64,000 nucleotides of DNA from the NCBI GenBank assembly GCA_002269645.1, contig NIVC01003752.1, positions 14,896 through 78,895 of the forward strand, written 5' to 3'. The position numbers and the translations under genes were made by a program. The notes beneath the pieces are model-generated. The model was given only the letters and a program-made list of their open reading frames with translations, searched no databases and was not told the DNA's origin. Positions 10,465 to 23,962 of the stretch are shown here, piece after piece. The DNA comes from Macrostomum lignano (lineage: Eukaryota). Within the stretch, counting starts at the first letter, position 1; each line of letters begins with the position of its first letter.

Positions 10465-13400
10465 AGTTGCGCATGTATGAACTGCACCTGTGCTCAATTC
10501 TGTGGCTACGACTGTCACGCCCACTAAATCGTGTCTCATTTGTTTAAAATAAATTTCTGTGTGCAGAAATGTTTGTTTTCCCTAGACTGCATTACAGAAT
10601 TGTTCTTTTGAGACAAAAAACTCTGGTATAAGTATTTTTTTGTGTCAGAATTAAAGTTCAAAGTCATCAAGCTACAACCGTCACACTCATGGAATTGCCC
10701 TTGAGGTGACTCTGTTCAAAAAAGGACCCCTTTCGGATGGACACCTGCGCATGGCAGTTGGTGCAAGCCCAAGCGTAGCCATCAGTAAAGCGGTCACCTT
10801 GACGGAGCTGCAGCCGAAGTTGAGTGGCCGGACAATTGGCACACACTTGCTGGTTGGCAATTAGATGGTATTTGGCTATCTAATTCATGGTATCCCTTGT
10901 TGCTGCCATAATCACAGCCAGTTCCCGCATTGTCAAGGTGATGTCACACAAAGCTGCAGCTGGTTGCACTTGTGCTACTGGTACAATAAAAGTGGGTGCC
11001 GCTGGTCATCCTGCCATAGTGTATTAGTCTTATAGTGTGTTTGCCTACTTTTGCCTACCAACCTTTGCCTACCAACACTACAGCTTTACGGTACATTAGA
11101 TATATAATATTAACAAAGCTGCTACTTTCTCAGCTAGGAAAGGGCTGGGTACACTGGAGAGCTCGAAAATAATCATCTCAGAGCAAGATAGTTCAGAAAT
11201 AATTGAAAAAATAATTTAACAAACGAAACTTGAAGATTGCCTAATGTATCTCAATATACTACCCTCTTAGGCTCTTACTGACAAATTTCTAATATAAACT
11301 GCAAAAAATTCTATACAAAGCATCGAACAAATAAAACTCTAATGCCAAATAAAACTTAAAAAGGATGTTGGTATTGAACTATCAAAAAATGCAAGAAATG
11401 CTTATTAAAAAACAATCAATAATATTTACAAAAACAAAAAATCTGTAGCCTATCTATAGCAACAGTAAACTTAGCTAATTAGAGCTGTTTGCAAGCATCT
11501 AGAATTTTTATTATATCCCCCAGATTGAGATAGGGTTACACAAGCTAAATAGAGTAATTATCTCTGCTAGTAAGGCACAGACAGTGAGTTTTCTTATCAG
11601 TTGGCTCTGGTGCAATCATTAAAATTGGCTATAAAGTCTCTTGCTATATACAGGTTAATAAGAAATACATCATTAAGAAAGCCCATTTAAAGTAGTTTTT
11701 AAATATTTAATCCTTTTAGCAATGAGCTAAAGCCTAATAAAAATATATACTGTCATAGGCACATTTGACATCTTCAAATATTAGAGGCGACAATCATTAC
11801 TAAAGAAGGTCTTTTTTGAAGTGTGTTGTCGAGTTTTATTCGCCGTTATAGGCAACTTAGAGAATTCAATAGAGGGCGTATAGTAAGAAAAGCTAGTGAG
11901 GTGGGGCGGAGAAAAGAAAAAAATACTTCTTGGGGGTGTTTGGCCGGTTTCTTGTAATATATCTGCGGATCTAATTTAAAAGTAAACAATTTCATATTTA
12001 CTTTATATCTGCTGTATGTGTTATAATATCTCTGTTGTATTTATCTTTTACTGTACTCTTTACTGTATGTACTAATATAATTTTGCGTAATTGTTTTATA
12101 ATGTAGTTTGTTTTATTGCTCAATAATAACTTATATATAATAAATTGTCACATCGCTCGTAAGAGTTCGCTGCTCTAATTAGGCACTTTAGACTGAGAAT
12201 TCAAGTGTTAGCTTCGGCCATTCATTTCGGGCACCTTTCGTTACATTCTAGAACTTTGAATTCCTGCCTTCGTTAGCTCGGCACTCGTAAAGCCGGAAAG
12301 TTGCACGGATTTGTTCAAGTCGCTTTTCTCCTTTGGTACTCCGTCTGCCGGGTCCTCAATTCCGGGGGAGGGTAGTCGTAATCGCAGTCGAGCGGTCTTG
12401 AGCAGGCACGGTCGTTCATATTGTAGACACAGAGGTCTTGACACTGTAAATTTCACTGTTCGCCGATTTGCTTAACTTGCATGATTACTATCAGTAAGAG
12501 TAGCGCTGCCACCACCGTAATGATCGTATTACGGAACGTTGAGATCTCAGAGCTCGTTCGGAGTTGAGTTAAATTCGGTTGTTTTACGCCCCATCGGCAA
12601 ATAACTCAAGAAAAACTATTAAGGGCTTCGATTATTTAATGAAAATAGTTATTAAGCTGGGATTTATTATTAATTGTTATTTTCAGCCGACAAAATTATA
12701 TTAATGTTGCTAGCGATCGAGATTACCACGGCGGTGCCGGGTGCGGAATAATATATTGAGCAACTGGTTAAACTATTAAGACTGCAAGCAAATCAATTAA
12801 TTTAAAACTGTGACGCACGAAACGTATTAGGACGAACACGAAGGGACAAACACGGATCACTGAACCAATTAAACAAAGAAAGGGGGGGGAAGGTCTGGCT
12901 TTGGTGCGACACAAACTGGCCGTATAAATATAAAAAATAGAACAATCCTGCGACAGATGGGGCAGCGAATGGGACAGGAATGGGCAAGGAGATGGGGTAA
13001 AGGATGGGGCATAGGATGGGGCAGCGGACGGAACTACAGAAAACGCACGGGAACACAAAAACAAAAATTATTAACGCCAAACGATGGGGCAAGGGATGGG
13101 GCGACCATAGAGGCTTCTCTGGGGCAGCGGATGACGGGAAAGGGCCATCATCGGGTCACGTTAAATTGAGTCATTCGTCAAACAGTGGTAGTTTCGCCCT
13201 ACCACACTAGAAAGTTAAATACGGGGAGCTCTGCGGTTGAGTTCAAATCGGTGCTGTAAATTCTAGGAGTCTAAGTCAATTTAACCAAACTAAGGGTGCG
13301 TAGGGAGTTCCTTCGGCTCAAGGGGGTAGCTGTGTCATAGCTGACTGATTGAATTAAGATGATGCCGTAGAATGCTTTTAGAATGCCGGACAGACAGGGT

Positions 13401-15820
13401 TTCATATGAGCCGATACGGAGACTAAGTCTAAAAATGAACGAATATATATTCACTGCCACCAAACGCGGTAATACACGAAGAAACACCCTAAGACTTGAT
13501 TAGCTAGAATAAGTCTGAGAACTCTCCTTGATTCAAATAAATCGCTGAGGATCAGATGGGTGCAGTGCAGTAATCCGAGGTCGATCGCAACGTCTTGCAG
13601 GAAAAGAGTCCATGAGAATTGCCCGCAATTAACGATCGGATTTCCCGCCGAGCTTTTCCCGCCGAGATTTGCCCGCAGTGCATTTTGCCCGTGAGTGAAC
13701 TGTCCGTGAACGAGTTTTTTCCCGCCGAGGTTTGCCTGAAATGCTTTTTCCTGCAGCGCATTTAGCCACGCTGCAGATTTTGTCTGCATGCACCCAATGC
13801 TTAATAACCCCTAGTAATGATGGGTTTCGGCCTTTTCGGCCCCTTTCGGGAAGCCTTCGGGCCTCAGGTCTCAGAAATAAATCAATTAGAGTCCTGGCCC
13901 CCCACTCCTGTCAGATGGTCAGCCCCATGGTAGCTTGATCTTGTGGCGAGCAGTCTAGGTCCTATAGCTAAGAGAGGGACAGCGAGAGACAAGCAGGGAG
14001 AATTTTGAAGGTAGAGATCAGCTAATCCGCAGATTAACTAACCCGCTGCCACCAGCCCGTGCGTCCTGGCTCACCAAACCTGCTGACGACCGGGGGGTTC
14101 GTCCTTGATGATGATGATGATGATGGGGGAGTCGCGATCCGGGGATCAAGAGACGACGGTCGAGCTCCGGGAGGTCTAAGTTAGGCCAAAGTCCCAGGAG
14201 GCGGAGCAGGAGGTTGAGTCCGAGCGGGCCAAAAACACTGGTTTTAAATAGCCGCCAACTGGACCGCAATTTGTTATAATGGAACATCTCGAACAGCCGA
14301 TTTGTTATAACGCACGTCGAATTTTTTGATTGGCTGAGCTTGTTGCCACCCAAACTCGCGTGACCAGAAGATCCTATCAGTTCCCTCGGGGCCATAGAAA
14401 TACGACAGGTGCGGTCATAAATCACTCAAAATAGCGACATAATGATTTATGACCTTTCGCGTAGGAATGACAAAAATTAATGAAAAAAATATACATTGGA
14501 AAGCTCTTGTTAAGTAGAAAGTGAAGATAATGAAGAGAAATCGCTAATCGTTAATCTCAACGTACTTTTAGGGGTAAAACGCATAGCTTTCAAAGCTGTC
14601 ACACGCTTGAGTAAACAAAAACAGTAAGCCCTGACCTCATAAATCTTGATGGCCTGTCAAAATGATGAGAAAAAAAGCTACCGCCCGCATCCTCTCAGAT
14701 CATCTGGCGCCAGTCTCAGCATTGAGTGAGGCGCAGGTGGCTGTCAGACCAGCTCGAAAGCAATGATTTATGGCCCAAAAGCCGCACCTATGTTATTATA
14801 AATACAAGTATGGCAAAAATCATATAACTAGTATGGATTCTTGGAAAATTACATACAGAGAAGAAAAAACGCCCATAGCCTGTTGTTAGTAGGCTAGTAA
14901 GTTTGGAGCCCATGTGCGAGCGTGAAGTTTGGAAAAAAGTGCGTCCTCATCAGTAATAAGATAATAAGATTAATGTGCTGCAGGAAAAAAGCATTTCGGG
15001 CAAACTTTGGCGAGAAAAAAACTCGACGGGCAACTCGTCGTCGAGCACCGCAGGTGGATTCCCTATTTACATATGTATTAAGATGCAGAGGGGAGGCCCC
15101 AATTGCGCGCACGCGCTCGCGATGAGGCAGTGCGGGCCTGGCCGCGGCGCAATTGCTCGGTCGGCCGGTGCAGCATGGCCAGGGCCAGAGGGACGGGCGC
15201 ACCGCGACCCAGGGTCCATATAGGCAGTGTCCCAGCAGCATCTGACGGCGCCGGCGCAGGGTAGCGCTCAGGGGCGGAGTTCCAGCGCGGAGCCATCAGA
15301 GCGTTGGTCGCAGGCAATCCGGGTAGTGCACGCCCAGCGCGTAGCGCAGCAGCGATCGGTAAAGCGCATCCAAGGCTCGCTATCGTGTTTCGGTCAGCGG
15401 CACAGCCTCCATGCCGTACAGCAGGATCGGCTCGACGGCCGCGCGGAACAGGCGCACCTTCAGGTCGTCTCTGGCAGCTGAATTAAAAACGTTCCTGAGG
15501 AGGTGCGCGGCGCGCCAGGCCTGGTTCCTCCTGTCGGAGACAATCGCATCGAGGTCCATCCGAGGTAGAGGTCAGACGCGTCGCCACGGATTTTCGGATA
15601 GGGGGGACAAGATTGATTAAACGATTAGTTAAGATAAACATAGAGCATAGACATAGGGAATCACCAATTCACCATAGCTCATAAGCATAGTGCTTTTGTA
15701 ATTAGTTATCATTGTCTGAATCAATAGTAATTTCAGAATAAGTCACAATATATTCATCATATAAGCTAATATACGAGCAGAATTTCAGTTAGGCGAAAAA
15801 CAATCCTTAGTTTAGTCAAA

Positions 15821-18545
15821 CTAGAGCAGACCAAAAATAGCTCGTCTACGATCATTAAGACTGATGAATTCGCGGCAGATCTGCGTCAAGTTGAGGGCGT
15901 CTGTGTCTTCTTGGTGTACGTGGAGCAGCGCGCAATGATTAAGAAGCTCCTGTGTCATTGTTGATCAAAGCCATGTCTTCAATCTGCGAAGCATTGAGAA
16001 ACTTCTTTCCGCAGATGCTACGGATGTTGGCAGAACAAGTAGAAGATGCAGTAGCCGTTCAAATTCTTAAAACAGAGCCTTCATTTCTGTCGAAATTTTC
16101 ACGAACTCAAATGCTGCCATCTCCACTGACGTAGCTGTGTTTAGTGACGATATGCCACTTAACATCCGAATCTGCAATTCTAGCCGTTCGAGATTTAACT
16201 CTGGATAGTTAGAAAGCACAGTCTGGCATTCTTCTTGACGAAACGCTGACAAAGCATTCCGATCAGATGTCAGAGAGCTGAGTACTGGTCCTTCTAGTAC
16301 TGATAGCTGGTGAAAGCTCCGCTGTTCAAAGCGCCTGCTCAATTCAGAAAGAGCCGAGTCGATAAATGAGAAAAAAGTTTGTTGGTAAAATTCCTCTGGA
16401 GAGACTTGGTTTGACTGCGTGAATACAGAGACGTTGGCGTACTCCTGCTCAAACATTAATCTCCTGATAGGTCGACGAGAGTGCGAGGAGCTGCGGGCTG
16501 AACCAGTTCGAATTCATGGCATTTAGCCTGTACTACTTCCCAGAGACGCTGAAAAGTTGCCTCTGTCCGCATTGACTCCAGCTGAGACTTCACATGATTT
16601 ACTGCACGTAGAGTGCCAGTTACAGTCTCTGATGCTTTTTGAATTGAAGTGCTGAGCATGTCTAGGGGACCTAGAACTTTCAGACTCATGAGCATGCCCA
16701 AGTAAATTCCGCCTTTTTCGAGTTGATCGTGGAGACCTTTAGCTGTTGTTGCTGCCTGAACCGAAAAGCTGTTTGCAATCTGAGAAAGTGCAGCAAGAAT
16801 GACAGGATATTTTAGTAATAGTCTATTCAGTGCAGCTGCTCTGACAGTCCATCTAGTAGGGCAAATTGTCCTCAACTTCGATGAATTCTGGTTTGAATTT
16901 GAGCAAATAGCCGTGAACTCGTACTCAGTGAGCATTTCGGCAAAAACGCTGCTTCTGACGCGAGAGTCCCGGAAGAAAAGCGCACATTGATGAGCATATT
17001 CAAGGCAGTCTCGAATCAGTGGGATTTCCTTGCAACATTCCTGAGCTGCAAGATTGATGCAGTGATTGCTGCAATGGACGTAGACAGCTCGAGGATTCGA
17101 CTGAAGCAGACGAGCTTGTACGCCAGTGTATGCTCCACGCATGTTTGCCGCACCATCGTAGCATTGACCACGCAGATTGTCAAGGGACAAATTACAGCGA
17201 GTCAAAACATCCTTGATCACGTTTTCGATAACCTCAGCTGTCGAGGAGGGACAGTCGAACAAACCGAGGAATTTTTCCTCAGGAATGAGGCTTCTGCCTA
17301 CATACCGGATGCAAATTGACAGCTGATCTTTTTAGCTGCTGTCTGTCGTACCATCGACAATGAGAGAAAAGTACTTAAAAGTCGATTCCCTTGCATTGGC
17401 CAGGATGTTACGGAGAACGTCTTTTGCCATTAAACTAAGCATTTCATTTTGTATCTCTGCATGAGTAAACGATGCTTTTGGGCGGTTCAACCAATTTTTT
17501 AACTGACGACAAGATTCAGACAGCAAATTCAGTAGTTGAAGATAGTTCGACTCTTCAGGCGTGTGCCCACGAATTGCTAGTCCCTGCCTGGCCAAGAAAC
17601 GAAGAGCAGAGAACAATTGAGAAAGTGCTTCCTGAGCTTCTTTCTGATCCTTAAGCTTTGCTGTCTCCAATAGGCTTACTATTGATTGCTGTTGCTGAGT
17701 TTGCGCCAGCAATGCGTTAACTCTTGAAGCAGATTCAACATGGCCCTGACTGCTTTCATGAGCCTGAAACTTCTCCTTTGCTTTTTTCCAGTTGCTGAAA
17801 CCGTCCATAGTAAAAGCAGATTCGGTGCCTTTAGCATAGATCTTCAAACCCATTAGTTCAGCCTTGGCACAAAAGAAGCATACAACTTTTTGAAGACTGG
17901 TTGACCAATGTATCCAAGGAAAGTTTTGAAACCAGCCTACCTGAAAGTAGTATTTCCGTCCACGCTCTTCTTGAACAGGAAATTTATACTGAGTAGTGTC
18001 TGGTTGGAAAGGTTTCAACAGATCTTCAACCGTTTCATTGTTCGATTGCTTCCAACGTTTTGCTTCTGGTTCTTTCAACTCCAGCAATTTTCTCTGTTCG
18101 ATTCGCTGGCCGCCCGATTCATAACAGCTCCACCACATACCGTCGCAGCAGCAGCTCCTTCGCTCACCGTCGCAGCAGCAGCTCCTTCGCTCACCGTCGC
18201 AGCAGCAGCTCCTTCGCTCACCGTCGCAGCAGCAGCTCCTTCGCTCACCGTCGCAGCAGCAGCTCCTTCGCTCACCGTCGCAGCAGCAGCTCCTTCGCTC
18301 ACCGTCGCAGCAGCAGCTCCTTCGCTCACCGTCGCAGCAGCAGCTCCTTCGCTCACCGTCGGAGAAGCAGCTCCTTCGCTGTGTTCTTTCCTTGGACCTT
18401 GTTTAATACTGCCGGTCCTAAATAAAAAGAAAAACAATGAAATTTTAAAAGTAAGCAGTGCCCATGTGCCCTTGAATAAAAAAATCGCTGGTATTGAAAT
18501 CTTCAACGCTAAACTTACGAAAGAAACTGCCAATTGCTTCTTCAT
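15821..18545 (-). pseudogene. ZMYM1-like hAT transposase pseudogene
   Basis: WIHWSTSLQKVVCFFC, DGTTDSS*KDQLSICIRYV, GQCYDGAANMRG, YVHCSNHCINL, CPTRW, LPTSVASAERSFSMLRRLKTWL*STMTQ; stops at 17332, 16067 and about 15959; frameshifts near 16470 and 18100. Confidence 0.9.
18140..18380. repeat. 27-bp tandem repeat, about 9 copies, in the transposase 5' region
   Basis: accgtcgcagcagcagctccttcgctc repeated; reads TVSEGAAAA on the minus strand. Confidence 0.95.
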
Positions 18546-19476
18546 CTGATTTCCAGGACCAGACGATCTTACTTTGTTCTTCATTGTTGATCTTTAGTTG
18601 TCAAGCCACATTTAAGCACAGTCGAATAATGGTTTACAAGGAGAATTAGCTACTTTTGTTGATTTTTTTTACTTTTTGTTGACTAAACCTTATTTTAAGT
18701 CAGTATAGTAATTTTCTTCCTAATTTCTTTCTTCTTCGATTAGTATTAGTTGAAATTTCAGCAAAGCAAAGCAAGGCAGGCCTATATAATCGTGTAGCAA
18801 ACGAGATTATCTCCCTTCTTTTTAGGGTGCGATATCTTTTTATAGAGGGGCTTGGCCAGAGCTTTGGCGGGGCCCGTGGGGGGGGGGTTGGCCTGTCTGC
18901 CCCTCCTGCCCCTTCTCGCCCGCTGTACAGTGCTGCAATTCAATGTACATTACTAATATCCAGTCCGCGTCTTAAATATCACATCTTGGGCTTGGTTAGT
19001 GCCCAGCCTATCAACACACAGCAAATAAAACTGCGTGAGAGCCCTTATTGGCTGACTGGCAAGGCGCGCCGTTTTCACCAACCTACTAACATAACAACAA
19101 AAAGTGCAGTTACTTACTGCAGTGCTCTGGTAGGAAAGACTGGTAAAGGTTGACGACTGAAAAAACGTAAAATAACACTTCTTCACTTCCCCTATTACTT
19201 ATTCAGTGGAAGCTTGTTGTGACATAGTGGGGGGGACAGAAAATAGGCTTGTCCCCCTCAACCATTTCGGTGGGGGGGACATGTCCCCCCTGTCCCCCCC
19301 CGGTGGCGACGCGCCTGGTAGAGGTCCATCACCTCGCTCACCAGCGCAGCAGGTACTCCATAATACGATAAAAGCCACGCGATCGCAGGCCTAGACACCG
19401 AGTCAAACGCCCTGCGAAAATCGACGAAGATGATTGACACGGAGCGCTATTTACATCTATATACATATGAAATTTG

Positions 19477-19953
<477 letters not shown>

Positions 19954-20239
19954 CTAGACTCTTATATGTACACATTTTTGCACACATGTACATAGAATGC
20001 AGGCCTGGAAATTCCTAATATACGCATGTTTGGAAGAGACTCCTTGAGGCTGTACGCTACAGTTTAGATTCGAGGTAGAGAATGAGGCCTGACAATTCTC
20101 AGCAATTCGACAAGCAAGGTAAGTGAGGAATCGCAGTCCTGATTGGTTTTGATGACCAAGGGGAAGCATTTTAAATAAACACGCAAGGCAAAATTTACAA
20201 AATTTCCGGCTCATCATTCGCGTCCGCATTAAAGCACTC

Positions 20240-21442
20240 ATGGACCAAGCGACGACTCCGTCATCGGTAACCAGCGGCAGCTTTGGCCTTGACCGCTTTT
20301 TCCACAGACTGATGCTTTGCTTGCTAGGCCTTACCGGACTGGTCTCAATTGCTGGGAACAGTCTGCTGATGAAGGCCATTCTGGCTACTCGCAGAGAGCG
20401 CCGTAGTCAAATCGCTTCGTTGCTAATGAATTTTTGCGGCTGCGACTTAGCCATTGGTGCCCTGGTAGTTCCGATCACAGCCTACCCGTTTATTCAGTTC
20501 AACTGGAGTCTTGGCGAGCCAGCCTGCATGTTTGCCTGCTTTGGCAGCGTCTGGCTGATGTTCGCCTCTGTCTTTACCTTGACGGCCATCAGTATGCGAC
20601 GATGCCATGGCGTCGTGCGTGTAGCTCGAGGCGATGCAGCGGATGCTCAAGAGTCCGGCTTGCGAAGCTTGGCGCTCATCTGGATCCTGGCCGCTCTCTC
20701 AGCCCTGCCCAATGCCGTCAACTACCGCCTGGTGCCTTGCCAGGGCCTTGAAGCCAACGATTCAAATCTTAACGATAGTATCATCTTTTGCTGCGAGGAC
20801 AGCTGGAAACGCAGCCTGGAGTTGCTTGGTTTCGGCAACAACCCTCGTCCGGAAGTTGAGCTGGCAGCTCGAACTATTTATTCAATCTTTATCGTACTCG
20901 CAATGCTGCTGACACCGTTGAGCATCATTACAACAGCTTACCGACGCATCTGTCGTCAAGTGTCCAGTATTGGCCAGAATCTGCGCGCGCTTGATCAACC
21001 AAGGTGTCGCAACAATCGTCTTAGACAAGATCGGATCGCCCGGTCAAGACGAATTTTTCGACTGTCCGTTGTGCTGACCGGCCTGTTTGCTGTCTGCTGG
21101 GCGCCGGCTCATCTTTGGAATTTTGCAGCCGATCTCTGCCTCCTGGTGATGGTTCTTGGACCTGACCAGCAGCTGCTGCTGCAGCAGCAGTGGCACCTAT
21201 CGTTTGCCAAGGACGTTTATCTTGTGATCATGTGGCTAGCTCTGACCAATTCAGCTATTAATCCAGCTTTCCTATTCACCACCGACTCTACATATCGAGC
21301 TTGGCTACTGCGTCAGTTTCGTCGTAACCGCCGTAACCATGGTAACAATGACAGGCACGTCGTTAGTTTCAGCCTGGACCGGGACGCAGCTGGGACGCCA
21401 ATACGGCTGCAAGTACTGCGGCGGGCCACAGTGGTAGAATAG
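20240..21442 (+). CDS. Intronless rhodopsin-family (peptide-receptor-like) GPCR, 400 aa
   Basis: Seven hydrophobic segments; GN in TM1, D in TM2, W.LG..AC, CWAP in TM6, NSAINP in TM7. Confidence 0.88.
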   Translation: MDQATTPSSVTSGSFGLDRFFHRLMLCLLGLTGLVSIAGNSLLMKAILATRRERRSQIASLLMNFCGCDLAIGALVVPITAYPFIQFNWSLGEPACMFACFGSVWLMFASVFTLTAISMRRCHGVVRVARGDAADAQESGLRSLALIWILAALSALPNAVNYRLVPCQGLEANDSNLNDSIIFCCEDSWKRSLELLGFGNNPRPEVELAARTIYSIFIVLAMLLTPLSIITTAYRRICRQVSSIGQNLRALDQPRCRNNRLRQDRIARSRRIFRLSVVLTGLFAVCWAPAHLWNFAADLCLLVMVLGPDQQLLLQQQWHLSFAKDVYLVIMWLALTNSAINPAFLFTTDSTYRAWLLRQFRRNRRNHGNNDRHVVSFSLDRDAAGTPIRLQVLRRATVVE

Positions 21443-23734
21443 TTGGATTGTTTGAACTTTGGTAAAATACAATGACCATATCATCAATTGTGTTCACCCG
21501 ACGAACCCGAGAAACAAACACAAAGACAAATCAATAATGAAATTCTTGCAAAATTATGTACGTACTTTTGAGTGCATATAACTTTTTCTGTCCCATTATG
21601 CGAGCGCAATCTAGTTTGGTTGACCTATAAAATCACAATTTTATACCCTGTTGTTGCAGTTGCTTTGTCAAATTGTCAAATAAGTTTTTTTGCGGCTTAT
21701 TTACGACGTACAGTTCTAATATGACTTTTATATATTAATCTGCCCTCAAATGAAATCCTCTTAACCATGCGTCATGTTATATATAATCAAAATTTAATAT
21801 GTATAGATGTGTATTACTTATTTATATGTATAGCTAATTAAGTTTCTGGGCCAGCCTCCCAGATCCCCAGTTGTTGACGTGTAAATGCAATGTAGTGCTT
21901 GCTGTTATCACAGTGTCAGCTATGGCACCGTTCATACTGTTGCGAAACATAGTACGAGCCATAATCGCATGAGAGTGAGCTAGTATACTGATGCTACCAA
22001 CTTTTTGCAAATGTTGTCACTTGAAATGTGTCGAGAAAATATTAAAAAAAACTTTTGTGTTTAGTTTGTAACACTGAAGTCGGAAGTAGTCCGTATAGTG
22101 CGTTGTGATTAATCCAAAAACACAAATATATACGCTCGTACCAACAACATGATCTCCCTCGTGTTTTTATTTTGGTAATTGTTATGTGCAAATTTAACTC
22201 AGTCTCGTGCTCGATATTAATCTTGATATTCATATTTTTTAACATTCGAGATAATACGGTGTAGTTGGCCATGTGGATAAAGAAATTAATCCCGTGCAAA
22301 CGTTCTGACGTCCAAGCGAGTGCCAAAAGTACCCAACATCAATGGACGTCGCTGCCAAGTACAGCTAGTGTAGGTTTTTAACACTATATACACCGGTTGC
22401 GGTCGTTGTTTTATAGAAGCACTTACATATAGTAGCAATACTTGTAACTTTGCGAATGGATGGGGCTGTAGCTAGCAAGTAGAGGACGCATTTCAAATTG
22501 TCACCTTCTAGCATCTCCATATGGCGAATTTCGGTAAACCTGCATGAGAACAATATAATTAGCCTAAAAATTTCAAGTCACGAGCTCGCATTCACACTAA
22601 GTGAATGACGTTTAAGCATTCACGTGACTATGATCTAGTGCAAATTTCTGCTTCGAATCTGTTAGAAATACGTGTTAACGACTGATTTTGGCAAATATAC
22701 ATAAAATTTTAGTGACAGCTTGAGTCCTGAGCGCGTCAAGGTTAGTTCATGGACAATTGAAGTGGAACGCTACAGAAAGAATTTCTTAGAAATTTGACAC
22801 CGGTAAGAAACGTATTTATTTGTCGTATCGCCAGGTGCATGCATTTGGTACTCGTATGCTTTTGAGTAATCGGATTATACCAATACCATAGACATTCTTC
22901 GTTCAGAGAGAGGGAAATCCTCTGACCGCTTTGAGCCTCGGGATTCTTTCTCTTTCTGCCCTCAGAGGGTCTATGGTACGCGTATAGTCCATTCCCATCC
23001 GATTTGCATGAGGCGGGCAAAAAAGTCATTTCTCTGCCTTGGAGCCAATAGTCTATGGTCGAAGTTCAAATTCATTTACAGTTAAGGTGAGAGAGGCATC
23101 TTCTTTAGGATCGTGTTGCAATATTTCTCTGCGCTGTATGTTCGACGCAAGTTACCCCGCCTCTGCTCGGCATGAAATTCATACTTGATGGCACGATATC
23201 AGCAGCTTGTTTCTGGAAGAGATGAACTTTCTATCTTTGTTATACGCTCGTACTGACAAAGACAGACTATAGTAGTCCAATGGACTGGATTCGTTCCTAG
23301 CGTTGGATGCATGCAGATACGCCTTGGATCCAGAATCGGACAACTCCCTTGAAGATCTTGCCGATCTTGTGGCTGAACTATCGGCTGAACGGGAGTAATT
23401 CAGTCTCTTCCACCCTGCCGGTCCAATCGTGTCAGAAGCTACAGCAGGAGCCGTTGACAGGCGAGTCTCAACAGCTGGTCGGGCGTTAAAACCACTGTAC
23501 CTTCAACTTCTATTGACAAGTGCCAGACCAACTCCTCAAGAATTTATAGTTGGCTGAGTTCACGTGACGCAAGAAAGTCAGAAACATGTGCCTTTTTTAT
23601 ACACTTAAAACAACCAATATTATTCGAGTAGCTTGGTTTGTTGTTGTTGCTGCTGTCATTAAAGTCTAACAGCCGTTGTTAAAATAAACCTATTGTAATT
23701 ATGTAATAATAAACATTTATTACACCTGCCCCAG

Positions 23735-23962
23735 TTGGGCCATGCAGATGCGCAACTGACAGCTCAGCCGCAGCTATTGCGTGGCGCATCTGAAGGCTGC
23801 GTACGGCTGTTCAGTCCAAGGACTGGGGGGTCGGCACACACCCTCAATTACCCCAGCTGATGCTGGCACCCATTTTACAGCTGGGTGAGCTGAAGCAATG
23901 CAGAGTTAAGTGTCTTGCTCAAGGACACCAATTGTTCCAGTGGGATCAGGAATTGAATCCCC
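23735..23962 (-). mobile_element. tRNA/CORE-type SINE
   Basis: Highly similar to 4187-4435, including the gtgtccttgagcaagacacttaac linker and CORE-like block. Confidence 0.78.

Larger units (their letters stand above)
8481..10700 (+). mobile_element. Sola2-like internally deleted DNA transposon nested in the 8122-11241 element
   Basis: 11-bp TIR GGGCAATTCCA; 4-bp TSD TTGA (8477-80, 10701-04); six GCTACGACC/TRTCAC subterminal motifs; ORF ends YRWPKKQD..DIVQHLQPP.P..RGHFEF as I recall for Sola2-type transposases. Confidence 0.75.
8122..11241. mobile_element. Non-autonomous DNA transposon with about 160-bp TIRs (Merlin- or MULE-like)
   Basis: TIRs 8122-8279 and 11082-11241 starting GGCAATCTTCAAG; 8-bp TSD TAATGTAT (8114-21, 11242-49). 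Superfamily inferred from GG termini and TSD length. Confidence 0.85.
15573..19317 (-). mobile_element. hAT transposon (ZMYM1/DUF4371-like), full length, inactivated
   Basis: 15-bp TIR CAG(A/G)CGCGTCGCCAC with 1 mismatch; 8-bp TSD GTAGAGGT (15565-72, 19318-25). Confidence 0.92.
15078..19448 (-). mobile_element. RTE-type LINE fragment (5'-truncated, internally deleted), split by a hAT insertion
   Basis: 19326-19448 encodes IIFVDFRRAFDSVSRPAI (RT); 15078-15572 encodes KVRLFRAAVEPILLYGMEA..LRYALGV and RRRRQMLLGHC with stops/frameshifts. Confidence 0.8.

Noticed and set aside
14105-14125. (TGA)n run as a LINE 3' tail
   Set aside because: No recognisable RT or endonuclease sequence upstream.
14920-14956. 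Hammerhead-like core on minus (CTGATGAG-GAC..TTCC-AAAC)
   Set aside because: GAAA core incomplete, stem II mismatched, no stems I/III found.
22700-23500. Short ORFs downstream of GPCR 1
   Set aside because: No recognisable domain or consistent splice pattern.
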